In this document: positions 48,666 to 58,769 of the stretch, in pieces
Layout of the letters: each line of letters opens with the position of its first letter
Numbering within the stretch: position 1 is the stretch's first letter
Source: a virus
Strand: one strand, 5' to 3'
DNA: 64,000 nucleotides
IMG/VR virus record: IMGVR_UViG_3300035156_000041
Coordinates: 1-64,000 of that record
The notes under the pieces: model-generated
Seen by the model: only the letters and a program-made list of their open reading frames with translations
Told to the model about the DNA's origin: nothing
The model's database searches: none
Made by a program: the position numbers and the translations under genes

Positions 48666-49022
48666 ATGGCAGTCGTTCCAAACGTTATCAAAAACTCGGC
48701 AGGCGCTTTGCAGATGTCCAGCATCGCTCTTGGCACATCGGGTGACACTCTTGTGTATTCGGCTAATGCTGGTCAAGAGTTGCATCTTTTTAATACATCA
48801 GGCAGTGCTGTGGTTGTTACGGTGGATGGCTCTTTGGGCACAACCGTTAATGTCCCCGGCGCTGGTGATACTACAGTTTCCGTAGCAGCAGGTTACAACA
48901 TGAGCGTACCAGCCGGTAAGTTTGTGCTCCTGTCGCTCGATAAAGTGTCGGCGTTCTGTCAAGGAACCGTGGCAATCACAGCAGCAACTGGTGCGGTTGT
49001 CCAAGCCAGCATTACTCAATAA
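48666..49022 (+). CDS. Small beta-rich virion protein
   Basis: AAGGA RBS; position before the tail tube gene. Confidence 0.6.
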   Translation: MAVVPNVIKNSAGALQMSSIALGTSGDTLVYSANAGQELHLFNTSGSAVVVTVDGSLGTTVNVPGAGDTTVSVAAGYNMSVPAGKFVLLSLDKVSAFCQGTVAITAATGAVVQASITQ

Positions 49023-49042
49023 TTACTTAAGAAAGATATAAA

Positions 49043-49486
49043 ATGTCTACACTGGCTTTTAGCTCCGCAGGTTCTACTTTTTCCATTTCGGCTGGCGTTC
49101 CAGCAACCAAAGACGCAGCAGGCTTCGCTGCTCTTACCTATACAAAAATTGGTGACGTTACCGACCTAGGTCAGATCGGCCCTTCGTCTTCGGTGCTTCT
49201 CGTCAATCCTTTGGACGACAATAACACGTATAAATTGAAAGGCTCACGCAATAATGGAAAAATTGCGCTGAAAATGAATCGTGCTCCTGGTGATCCTGGG
49301 CAAACTCTTCTTATCGCTGCTGAGCAATCTACTGCTCCTTACTCGGCTAAGATTGTTCTGCAAACCGGCACCATTCTTTACTTCCAAGTTCTCGTTATGT
49401 CGTTCACGACAACTGTCGGTGGTCAGAACTCCATTACTGCTGCGGATGCTGACTGCGAAGTTAGTGGCGTGATTATCACGGTTTAA
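49043..49486 (+). CDS. Major tail tube protein
   Basis: ISAG.PAT.D.AGF.AL.Y..IG...K.KGS.N.G...D.GQ..L siphovirus tube pattern. Confidence 0.85.
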   Translation: MSTLAFSSAGSTFSISAGVPATKDAAGFAALTYTKIGDVTDLGQIGPSSSVLLVNPLDDNNTYKLKGSRNNGKIALKMNRAPGDPGQTLLIAAEQSTAPYSAKIVLQTGTILYFQVLVMSFTTTVGGQNSITAADADCEVSGVIITV

Positions 49487-49557
49487 TACTCTTAACACTA
49501 CGCCCGTTGCAGGCTTTTACCTGCCGGGCATCTAGTGTATCTTACTACAGGATACAC

Positions 49558-50499
49558 ATGCCACGTAAAGTTGTAATTAAAAGCACTGAAGAGTGGTTGT
49601 CACTAGTTCCAAAAGACCACCAAAATAAGCACGGATATGAAAGGGCTGTTTACACGGGTTCTGATAACTTTCTCACAATTACCTGTAGAATACACGGGGA
49701 TTTTGAGCAGCGCGCATACTCTCACCAGAGTGGTGCTGGGTGCCTCGCGTGCGCAAGGTTAAAGTCTGGGCAGTCACAAAAAGGAAGTAAAGAAAGCTTT
49801 GTGAGTAAGACTGACAGCGTTCCTGCTATTGCAGGCCTTTATGACTATGTCAAAGTTAAATATGTAAATGGTACTACTCCGGTTGAGATAATTTGCAGCA
49901 AACACGGTAGTTTCATGATGTCCCCAGGTAATCATTTGTCGGGCAAAGGATGCCGGAAATGCTATGATGAACGTCGGTACTTAAATAATTCAAAAGATAA
50001 CGAGCAGTACAAATCAGACGTAGCAAATAAGCATGGGCACACTTACGACCATTCCCTTGTGCAGTATAAAGGTGCTAAATGTAAAGTCCAAGTTATCTGT
50101 AAATTGCACGGGCCTTTTTGGATCGCGGCAACAAACCACTTAAGTGGACAGGGTTGTCCGAAGTGCAACACTTCAGGGTATAACAATGGTAAGCCCGGTT
50201 ATTTATATATTCTGATAGCGGATGACATAACTAAAGTAGGTATTACCACACGTACCCCAGAGCACAGAATCAGGGAAGTGGCTAAAGACGGTGGACCAAG
50301 CTTTACAGTAATTTCTAGCTACTATTTTATGGACGGGACAATTCCGCAAATCCTTGAGCACAAGATTCATAGATATTTAGAACAGCACTACAAGCGAGTT
50401 GATAGGACTTTTGATGGAAGCACAGAATGCTTCATAGACGTTAACTTGGCAGCATTACTAAACTTTGTAACACCCCTAGCAACCACAGAGGCCGCATAA
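49558..50499 (+). CDS. Homing endonuclease with repeated C..HG.F...H..G.GC..C modules and a C-terminal GIY-YIG-like domain
   Basis: Three Zn-module repeats; YLYI...KVGIT...R...E...G.TECF. Confidence 0.82.
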   Translation: MPRKVVIKSTEEWLSLVPKDHQNKHGYERAVYTGSDNFLTITCRIHGDFEQRAYSHQSGAGCLACARLKSGQSQKGSKESFVSKTDSVPAIAGLYDYVKVKYVNGTTPVEIICSKHGSFMMSPGNHLSGKGCRKCYDERRYLNNSKDNEQYKSDVANKHGHTYDHSLVQYKGAKCKVQVICKLHGPFWIAATNHLSGQGCPKCNTSGYNNGKPGYLYILIADDITKVGITTRTPEHRIREVAKDGGPSFTVISSYYFMDGTIPQILEHKIHRYLEQHYKRVDRTFDGSTECFIDVNLAALLNFVTPLATTEAA

Positions 50500-50532
50500 G
50501 CGGCCCTTATTATTCTACCAAAGGAACTGAAA

Positions 50533-50940
50533 ATGTTTGAAATTACTTCCAAAGAACTGTCGGACACTGTTATCGTGGACCTGATTGACCCATCTACAGG
50601 TGGTGTTATCTATGCTGATGAAGCAGAGACGAAGCCTGTCAGCATCGAATTGTACGGTCGCTCCTCGAAGCAACACCGTGCTTGGCTCGCCCTTGCCCTG
50701 CGCAAACAGGAAGCCAACCGAAATAAAAAAGAAAAAAGTAAGACCCCTGATGAACTCTTGGAAGAGAACGCAGAGTTCTTCGCTACCATGACCGTGGGTA
50801 TTAAGAATATGAGTATGGACGGTAAGCCTGTGGCTACGAAGGAAGACTTCAAGAAACTATATGCCAACCCTAAACTCATGTGGATTTCCGAGTTTGTGGC
50901 TGAGGCACTAGGAAATGTGGAAAGTTTTTTGCAGAAATAA
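50533..50940 (+). CDS. Tail assembly chaperone (G-like)
   Basis: Position between tube and tape measure genes; slippery site at the 3' end. Confidence 0.8.
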   Translation: MFEITSKELSDTVIVDLIDPSTGGVIYADEAETKPVSIELYGRSSKQHRAWLALALRKQEANRNKKEKSKTPDELLEENAEFFATMTVGIKNMSMDGKPVATKEDFKKLYANPKLMWISEFVAEALGNVESFLQK

Positions 50941-51494
50941 GCGACAATCTTAGCCGTTACGCTAGGCACATGGGGTGGCTAAACTCCTACCACGAAACGG
51001 CTAAGACATCGCGCAGGTTACTCTACACAGAGGGTAGCCCTTACTTAGAATACCCCACGCTATCAGAGTACGAACAGAATTTAGTTAAGTACTGGTTTGC
51101 TTGTGGGGTCTCTGACCAGACTGCTAACGGACCGACTCAATTATCATGGGGGGAAATTCTTAATTGGGCTAATCACTTCCACAAGAGGGTGGATATTGAA
51201 CTTGTAGAGCATCCTAGACCTGATAAGAGATTTAAACCTTCCTATTCCGCTGTGGCTATTGAAAGCTGTAATTTAGTAGATTGGGAGATTGAGCAAATCC
51301 GGCGTATGAGCGAAGATTATGTTGGAGAGTACTCCGCAGCTTCCTCGGATGCAAAACGCCCATGTCCAACACCAATCTTCTTGGATGAAGTTAGCGAAGA
51401 CGCTGCGTTGGCTAATGCAAGAGCTATTGAAGAAGGTTTCAAAATGTGGGCGCAGGATAATTCTCCACGTGTTGAAGTTGTACCAAATGAGTAA
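50925..51494 (+). CDS. Tail chaperone C-terminal extension (GT-like) via -1 frameshift
   Basis: T TTT TTG heptamer at 50925-50931; -1 frame open to 51494. Confidence 0.75.
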   Translation, partial: FFAEISDNLSRYARHMGWLNSYHETAKTSRRLLYTEGSPYLEYPTLSEYEQNLVKYWFACGVSDQTANGPTQLSWGEILNWANHFHKRVDIELVEHPRPDKRFKPSYSAVAIESCNLVDWEIEQIRRMSEDYVGEYSAASSDAKRPCPTPIFLDEVSEDAALANARAIEEGFKMWAQDNSPRVEVVPNE

Positions 51495-51536
51495 CGTGTG
51501 CCTAATTGGCGAAACTAATAAAAGGAGTAGCTAAAT

Positions 51537-54500
51537 TTGGACATCACGACACTAGCAATTTCCGTGACCTCAACCGGTATTAAAGAAGCCTCCGCAGCAA
51601 TCGGCGGATTGTCAACCTCCGCAGCTAACGCGGAGAAACGCATCCTCGCCCTTACAGCAGCCACACAGCAGCTTAGTACAGTTAATAGTGCTTCGGCTGC
51701 TGCCATGGCTGGCTACATGGCTAAGCTGCAACAGCAAGCTGCCCTACTGCAATCTATCCAAGCGTCTAGTTCAGGCGCTGTAGGCTCTACACAAGCGCTC
51801 GCAGCAGCTATGGCCTTGCTCGCAACGTCCCTTACAGTACTCAATCAGCAGCTTCAAAATCATCAGCAGCGTCAGCGTGCTAGTAACGAGGCCATGGATG
51901 AAGGTAAGGCCGCTGCACGTGGCCTCAGCGGCTCACTAGGCGCTCTATGGGTTACTTACGGAGCCTTCACAGGCATGGCTGCTGGCCTCGCCATTGGCGT
52001 AGCTCTAAAAGGTATTGTAACAGTTGGCTCAGATGTTGAGAACACTCTTGAAGGCATCCGTGTAAAGGGCGGCGAAACAGTCGCGTCTATTACCGCCATT
52101 CGTGAGTCTGTTCTTAGTCTTGGTCAAGGTATCTATGGACCTCAGCAGGTCGCCAAAGCCTTCGAGACAATGATTCTTGCTGGCTTGAATGCTAAGCAAG
52201 CTTTGACGGGCATTTCAGACGCGCTTAACTTGGCAACGATTGGTGGCACTTCTATTGAGAAGTCTGCTTATACGCTCGTACAGGTTGGCACAGCAATGGG
52301 CTACACTACAGAGAACTATAGTCGGATTGCAGATGTTATTGCAAAAACTGCTGCTGTGTCCATGTCGTCTGTTGAATCGCTGTCAGAAGCCTTCAAGGCT
52401 GGCTCCGCTGTGGGTAAATTGTATGGCGTTAGCTTGACAGACATTGGTGTCTCGCTTGCTGCTCTAAGTAACTTAGGTATCCAAGGCTCCGCTGCGGGTA
52501 CATCACTGAAGAACTTCTACAAGGAATTGGCTTCAGAGTCTGAAAAAGTCGTGAGTACGCTAGCATCCATGAAACTTACTCCTGCAAGCTTTAAAGATTC
52601 TGAAGGTAATTACAAAAGCTTGTTACAGGTAGTTTCCACGTTGTCAACGGGGCTTGATGGATTGACGGGTGCAGCACAGAAAAATGCTATTGCAAATCTG
52701 TCTAATGAGCGCGGTATGAAAACAATTGTGGAACTGTTGGATTTGTACCGGAAAAAATCAGAAGACGCTACAGATGCAGATGGTAAACGTGTCACTATGT
52801 TTCAGTATTTGAACGATCAAGTAGTTCAGTCTTTCGGCTATGCTGCTATTGGCTCGGCTCAAATGTCTCTCACCGTTGAGAATCAATTCAAGTCTGTTGG
52901 TAACACCCTAAAAACTGTGTTTGTGGAAGCTTTTCAAGCTGTCTCTCCGCAGTTGTCTGTGGTTGCTTCAGAGATGAAGAGTGCTTTCGCCTCTCCTGAA
53001 TTTCTTACAGGTGTCACCAACTTAGCTGTCGGCGTTGCAAAGTTTACAGTAGCTGTTGCAGAGAATATCCCTCTCGTGGTGAAGCTCTTTGAAGGGTTGC
53101 TAGCCTATAAAGCTATCGGTTTCATGGTTGGTGTCTTTACGAGTATTGGTGAATCCGTGCTTGTTTTGACAACTGCCTTTGAAGCACTTACAGTTGCATC
53201 AGTAGCATTGCAAGTGGGTATGGGTGTACTGATTATTGCCCTGTCAGCAGCCGCTGCCGCATACACATACTTTAAAGCTGAACGTGACGCTGCTGATTTG
53301 TCTGCCAATCAAAAGAATGCTATACAGTATTCCAAAGACTACGCTGATGCACTTGACTTGGAAGCGAAGCGTCTCAACGATCAAATTAAACTGATGCAGA
53401 ACGGTAAGTCTGCACGTGACGCTGAGACACAATCTATCTATGCACAAAACTTAGCACTTGCTGGGCAGAAGCGTGATAGTGCTGTTTCCGAAGCGTACAC
53501 TAACGTCGCTAAAACTAAATCCGCACTAAATGATACTAGTGGCGAAGATGGCGATGCCTACCTGATGGCTCGTGCTAAGAAGTTGCAAGAATACAATGGT
53601 GCTGTCAAGGCTGCCACCGCTGTTCGTGCTCAAGCTGACGCTGAGTATAACCGTGTTGAGAAGTCTCAGCAAGCCGTCATGGCCGCAGCCGCCTCTAAAG
53701 AGCAATTGCGCCTTCAGCAAGAGAAAGATGCAGCAGCCGCTAACAAATCCAAAGGTACTGGCACTCTCGGCGGTGGTCCTGACAAGGCAGCTATTAGTGA
53801 TGCCTACGGAGCACAAATCCAAGACTTCCAAAATCAAATCAACGCTCAAAAGAAACTCCTAGAGCAAGCTAAAGCTGAAACAACGTCAGCCTACAAGCAA
53901 GGCTTGATCGGTGAGCGCGGAGTTATCGAAGAGAACTACACAGCCGAAGTAACCGCCGCAAACGCTATCATCAAGCTCTTGCAATCCAAAGTGGACACAG
54001 CCGTAGGCGCTGAGAATAAGCGTCAAGCTGCTATGAAGTACACCGGGCAGATTCAAGCTGAGCAAGCTAACATCGAAGCCGCAGAAGCTGCCCGTAATCG
54101 TGCTAACGCTACGTGGATGGTGGACAGCGAGACAATGGTTCAGAAGGCTCAAGCAGCCACCTACACTGCTCAAGGCAAATATGCTGATGCATACGAAGCT
54201 GAGTTTGGCGCCAAGCGTGCTGTCCGTATTGCCGGTATTCAAGCTGACTTGGCAACAGAAGTAAATGCTGAGCGCAAAGCAATGGAGCAGAAAGTATTGT
54301 TTGCCCTTGAAGCTGAACAAGCTGCTGGTAAATCTCAGGCACAAGAGAAAGAGAATCTGAAGTCTTTCATGGACTTGTCAAACACTGTGCGCAACTCTCT
54401 GAAGGGTGTCCAGACAGCCACTGAAGGTGAGGGTATTGGCGAGATGTTCACAGCAGCCTCGAAGGCCTCCAAGGTCTTGTCCGAGAACATGGTTGAGCTT

Positions 54501-57215
54501 AAGAGTCGCATGAGCAAGCTGATTGATCCTAAAGACTTCAACGAAGCTCAAGCACAACTCACCAACCTTGCAGAAACACAGCGCAAGATGTGGGTGGGTG
54601 TTGGTGAGTCGATTAGTAAGTCCCTTGGAGATGCTTTTGGTAGCTCCGGTAAAGCTGCTGGTGCAATGGTGCAGGCTTACGTAGCTGCTAGCAACACTAG
54701 CACGAAAATGGATCAGGACAAACAAGCTGCCTTGCAAGAGACACAGTCGATGTATGACGCTTTCGGTGTTAGCCAAGAGAACACTAACAAAGCTCTGGCA
54801 GATATTAACGCAGAGTATGCGTCGAAAGAGGCCACTGCTCGTATCAAATCTTATGGGGATATGGCAGGAGCTGCACAAGGATTCTTCAAAGAAGGCTCCA
54901 CAGGCTACAAAGTTTTGGGCGCGGCTGAGAAAGCATTCCGTGTTATGGAGCTTGCCGAGGCAGTTAAAAACTTTGTTGTTAAGAGCGGCTTGGTAACAGG
55001 CTACTTGGCAGTGAAGGTAGGTGCAGACGCAGCAGGAGCAGCTTCTGGAGCAGCTTACACTATCTTGGATGTGGCTCAAGCAGGTATTCGTGCAACAGCT
55101 AACGGTATTGCGGCTATTGCAAGCTCTATGATGGCTCTCCCATTCCCTTTCAATCTTGCAGCAGGGGCAGCTACAGCAGCAGCATTGCTGGCAGTCGGTG
55201 TGAAGGTGTTTGGAGGAATGTCAGGTGGCGGTGCTGATGTGTCTGAGCAACGTCAGAAAACTCAAGGCACAGGCTCCGTCCTCGGAGATGACGACGCCAA
55301 ATCAGCCTCTATCGTAAACAGCCTTTCAATCCTTGAAAAGAACTCTGGTGTTGGCTTAGTACAAACTAACAAGATGGTGGGCTATCTGAAAACTGTCTCT
55401 GACAGCATTGGCAACCTATCCTCCTTGATTGTGCAATCCACAGGAATTACAGGTAAAACTGGTGTTGGTTCTAACGGAAGCGCTTATGACTTCGCATCAT
55501 CCATTGACAAGATGTTTGGTGGATTAATCAGCGGCACTATTGGTAAGATTGCCAACTTTATCTTCGGCGGTAAAACCACAGTCACTGATACGGGCTTCAC
55601 AGCAGCTAAAACTACAGTTGGTGCTGGCACATTCAATGCAAGCCAGTATTCAGATATGAATAGAGAAGGTGGCCTGTTCAGTAGCGACAAGCAGTACACT
55701 GATAGTACGTCGCTCGGCTCTGACGCAAACGGACAGTTCTCGTTAATCGTACAGAGCATGGCTTCCACCTTGAAAGAGGCTAGCAAGGCTCTCGGTATTA
55801 GTGGAGATGCCTTTAATGCCAAGCTGAATAGCTTTGTAATTGACATTGGCAAAATCTCCCTGAAGGACATGACAGGCGCTGAGATTCAAGACGCTCTGAC
55901 AGCAGTGTTTAGCAAGCTGGGCGATGATATGGCTAAGTTTGCCTTCACAGACTTCACACAATTCCAAAAGGTTGGTGAAGGAATGCTGGAGACAATCACA
56001 CGTGTTGCTACAGATGTGATGGGTGTGAAGGATGTCTTTGCAGTGTTGGGCAAATCGTTCGAGCTTACAGGAACTGCTGCTGCCACCGTGGCTGAAAACC
56101 TTATCAGTGCAGCAGGTAGTCTGGACACGTTGAATACGAACACGCAATACTTCGTAGACAACTTCCTGACAGAAGCTGAGAAGATGGGGCCAATTACGGC
56201 TTCTGTGCAGAACGCAATGGCTCAGCTTGGTTATTCGTCTGTTACGACAATGGATCAGTTTAAAGGGCTGGTTCGCTCGCTAGACTTGACGGACCCTGCA
56301 TCACAGACATTGTACACAACTTTGTTGGCATTAGCTCCACAGTTTAAAGAATCGGCTGACTACGCAACAAGTTTAGCAGAGGGCACTGTAACATTGACAG
56401 CCGCACAAACTAAGCTGTTGGACGCTGTGACGAAAGCTAAGAGCACTCTGCAAGATAGCTACGATTCGGAAAGCTCAGCTATCCAGAGTGTGATTGATAA
56501 AACTAAATCCTTTATCGCCACGCTCAGCAGCTACAAGGACAGCTTGAAAACTGGTGCTGACAGTCCTCTGACGAACATCCAGAAATATCAAGAGGCTAAG
56601 AAGCAGTTTGACGCTACAGCCGTTGCAGCAGCTAATGGTGACGCTACAGCGCAGGCAAACTTTACAGCGGCTTCTACTACATTGCTGTCAGCTTCTAAAG
56701 TAGTGAACGCATCAGGTCAGGCTTATACAGATGACTACAACATGGTGCAGACAGCTATTGATAAGCTGATGGGCAGTTCGACAGTGCAAGTGGACGTTGC
56801 TCAGGCTAGCTTGGATGCTCTTAATAAGCAAGTGCAAGGGCTTATCGATGTGAACAAGTCGGTGATGTCTGTTACAGATGCTATCACAGCTTTGCAATCA
56901 GCCATTATTGCTGGCTCTGTTGGGGGTTTGTCTAACTCGCAGATGGACACTACGTACACTCCTACGGCTTCGCAAGTGGCAGCAGCTACGCCTTCAAGCA
57001 GTAGCAATACAACAAACTTTGCTACGGCACAACCTGTTGTAGTGGCTATTCAGGCTAACACTGAAGCCATCCTTGCTCAGACGGCAGCACAGTCTGCACA
57101 AGCTGGTGTCATGGTTGGTGCTATGTATGACTCATCTGATGACAATGCCTCGACAGTGACAACAGGTTTGGCAGGACTTATCAACAAGGCAGCAGCAAAG
57201 GTTGCCTTAGTTTAA
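51537..57215 (+). CDS. Tape measure protein (TP901-like N-terminal domain)
   Basis: 1892-aa Ala-rich helical protein; L.NLGIQGS.AGT.L motif; AAGGAG RBS. Confidence 0.95.
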   Translation: MDITTLAISVTSTGIKEASAAIGGLSTSAANAEKRILALTAATQQLSTVNSASAAAMAGYMAKLQQQAALLQSIQASSSGAVGSTQALAAAMALLATSLTVLNQQLQNHQQRQRASNEAMDEGKAAARGLSGSLGALWVTYGAFTGMAAGLAIGVALKGIVTVGSDVENTLEGIRVKGGETVASITAIRESVLSLGQGIYGPQQVAKAFETMILAGLNAKQALTGISDALNLATIGGTSIEKSAYTLVQVGTAMGYTTENYSRIADVIAKTAAVSMSSVESLSEAFKAGSAVGKLYGVSLTDIGVSLAALSNLGIQGSAAGTSLKNFYKELASESEKVVSTLASMKLTPASFKDSEGNYKSLLQVVSTLSTGLDGLTGAAQKNAIANLSNERGMKTIVELLDLYRKKSEDATDADGKRVTMFQYLNDQVVQSFGYAAIGSAQMSLTVENQFKSVGNTLKTVFVEAFQAVSPQLSVVASEMKSAFASPEFLTGVTNLAVGVAKFTVAVAENIPLVVKLFEGLLAYKAIGFMVGVFTSIGESVLVLTTAFEALTVASVALQVGMGVLIIALSAAAAAYTYFKAERDAADLSANQKNAIQYSKDYADALDLEAKRLNDQIKLMQNGKSARDAETQSIYAQNLALAGQKRDSAVSEAYTNVAKTKSALNDTSGEDGDAYLMARAKKLQEYNGAVKAATAVRAQADAEYNRVEKSQQAVMAAAASKEQLRLQQEKDAAAANKSKGTGTLGGGPDKAAISDAYGAQIQDFQNQINAQKKLLEQAKAETTSAYKQGLIGERGVIEENYTAEVTAANAIIKLLQSKVDTAVGAENKRQAAMKYTGQIQAEQANIEAAEAARNRANATWMVDSETMVQKAQAATYTAQGKYADAYEAEFGAKRAVRIAGIQADLATEVNAERKAMEQKVLFALEAEQAAGKSQAQEKENLKSFMDLSNTVRNSLKGVQTATEGEGIGEMFTAASKASKVLSENMVELKSRMSKLIDPKDFNEAQAQLTNLAETQRKMWVGVGESISKSLGDAFGSSGKAAGAMVQAYVAASNTSTKMDQDKQAALQETQSMYDAFGVSQENTNKALADINAEYASKEATARIKSYGDMAGAAQGFFKEGSTGYKVLGAAEKAFRVMELAEAVKNFVVKSGLVTGYLAVKVGADAAGAASGAAYTILDVAQAGIRATANGIAAIASSMMALPFPFNLAAGAATAAALLAVGVKVFGGMSGGGADVSEQRQKTQGTGSVLGDDDAKSASIVNSLSILEKNSGVGLVQTNKMVGYLKTVSDSIGNLSSLIVQSTGITGKTGVGSNGSAYDFASSIDKMFGGLISGTIGKIANFIFGGKTTVTDTGFTAAKTTVGAGTFNASQYSDMNREGGLFSSDKQYTDSTSLGSDANGQFSLIVQSMASTLKEASKALGISGDAFNAKLNSFVIDIGKISLKDMTGAEIQDALTAVFSKLGDDMAKFAFTDFTQFQKVGEGMLETITRVATDVMGVKDVFAVLGKSFELTGTAAATVAENLISAAGSLDTLNTNTQYFVDNFLTEAEKMGPITASVQNAMAQLGYSSVTTMDQFKGLVRSLDLTDPASQTLYTTLLALAPQFKESADYATSLAEGTVTLTAAQTKLLDAVTKAKSTLQDSYDSESSAIQSVIDKTKSFIATLSSYKDSLKTGADSPLTNIQKYQEAKKQFDATAVAAANGDATAQANFTAASTTLLSASKVVNASGQAYTDDYNMVQTAIDKLMGSSTVQVDVAQASLDALNKQVQGLIDVNKSVMSVTDAITALQSAIIAGSVGGLSNSQMDTTYTPTASQVAAATPSSSSNTTNFATAQPVVVAIQANTEAILAQTAAQSAQAGVMVGAMYDSSDDNASTVTTGLAGLINKAAAKVALV

Positions 57216-57230
57216 TCTACTAGGAAATAA

Positions 57231-58760
57231 ATGACAACAAGCGCACAACTAATAGCATGGCTTAAAAGTGACACGGCTAAACGTTGTGTGCTGATTCGTG
57301 CTCATGTTCAGATTAATGGTGTAGAAACTATTCGCTATCTATCTAACAAGAACTACGGCACATATCAGCCTGTCATTGCAGGCGGTGTCACATTCTCTGA
57401 AGCTCTATCGCTGGATGGCTCTGTCAGTATCTCTAGCGGTAGTATCGACCTTCATAATATCAATGGAGAGATTGATAGTTGGCTTGAGGATGTGTGGAAG
57501 AATCGCAAGATTGATGTGTTGTTGGGCGATGAATTCTGGTCAGAGAGTGATTTCTATCTAATCTTTAGTGGTGTTATTGCGGAGCAGCCTACGGCAGATG
57601 ACCGTACAAAGGTTACACTAACATTGTCAGATAAGCTTCAGCGCCTTAACACAACTGTCAGTGATGTTAAGCTTGATGACAATTCTGCAAACACTGATAA
57701 GCTGCTTCCACTGTTGTTTGGTGAGTGCTTTAATATCAGCCCATTGCTGACAAACTTAGCTACACTGGAGTATCAGATTCACAATGGCCCTATCGAGCGT
57801 ATTATTGAAGTTAGGGATAACGGCATTCCGGTAGGCTTCACACAGTTTTTATCAACAGGTAAATTCCAGCTCACTCAAGCTCCTGTTGGCACAATTACTT
57901 GTGATGCTCAAGGGTATAACACAGGCGGCTATGTTAACGACTGTGCAGGTATTATCAAGGTGCTTGTAAAGAATTATGGAGATGCTGATAAGCGCTTCAC
58001 AGATTCTGAACTGTATCTTACGTCTGACTTGTCTGCCAATCTCCCTGGCGATGGTAGCCGCACATTGGACAGCCAGCTTGGCGGCAATATTGTTCTTGAG
58101 CAGCAGATCACACAAGGTGCTGTTGTCTCAGGTGCTGCCACAATTGGCGTGTACATCACAGAGAAGACTAACTTACTCGACTTGTGCAATCAAGTGGCAT
58201 CCAGTATTGGTGCTCGTGTTGCTATGACTCGTACAGGCTTGCTCTACGTTGTCCGCATTCAGCTTCCAGCGCCTAGCACGGGAACAATGGTGACAGCAGC
58301 TAATATACGTGAGCGCACATTGACAGCAACCACTGTACCTGTTGTGGCATCTGTGAAGCTTGGCTTTGCAAAGAACTACACAGTGCAGAGCAGCTTGGCA
58401 GCAGGCGTTCCACCAGATCAAGTTGTAGTATTTGCACAGGATTGGCCTTTCACATCGACATACTCGGATAACATTACAGCAGCTAAATACATGCTGATTC
58501 AGAATCCAGACATTGTTGAGACGTGCTTGCAGAATCAGGCTGACGCTGACTTAGAAACTAACCGCAGAGGTGTGTTGTTTGGCACTCAGCGCAAGGCTTA
58601 CAGTTATGAAGGTACGGCAGAATTGCTTATGGAGACACTAGGTGGTGCACAGTTCTTGCAACACAGACGTTTCAGCCTTTCAAGTGGCAAGGCATCCCAA
58701 ATTATTAGCATTCAGAGTGATTGGCTAGCAGCCAAACCAACATTGACAGTTTTAGCATAA
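57231..58760 (+). CDS. Tail tip/baseplate hub protein
   Basis: After the TMP; P.LFG...N..P...Y..H...I..V.D.G pattern. Confidence 0.75.
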   Translation: MTTSAQLIAWLKSDTAKRCVLIRAHVQINGVETIRYLSNKNYGTYQPVIAGGVTFSEALSLDGSVSISSGSIDLHNINGEIDSWLEDVWKNRKIDVLLGDEFWSESDFYLIFSGVIAEQPTADDRTKVTLTLSDKLQRLNTTVSDVKLDDNSANTDKLLPLLFGECFNISPLLTNLATLEYQIHNGPIERIIEVRDNGIPVGFTQFLSTGKFQLTQAPVGTITCDAQGYNTGGYVNDCAGIIKVLVKNYGDADKRFTDSELYLTSDLSANLPGDGSRTLDSQLGGNIVLEQQITQGAVVSGAATIGVYITEKTNLLDLCNQVASSIGARVAMTRTGLLYVVRIQLPAPSTGTMVTAANIRERTLTATTVPVVASVKLGFAKNYTVQSSLAAGVPPDQVVVFAQDWPFTSTYSDNITAAKYMLIQNPDIVETCLQNQADADLETNRRGVLFGTQRKAYSYEGTAELLMETLGGAQFLQHRRFSLSSGKASQIISIQSDWLAAKPTLTVLA

Positions 58761-58769
58761 GAGGAACAC

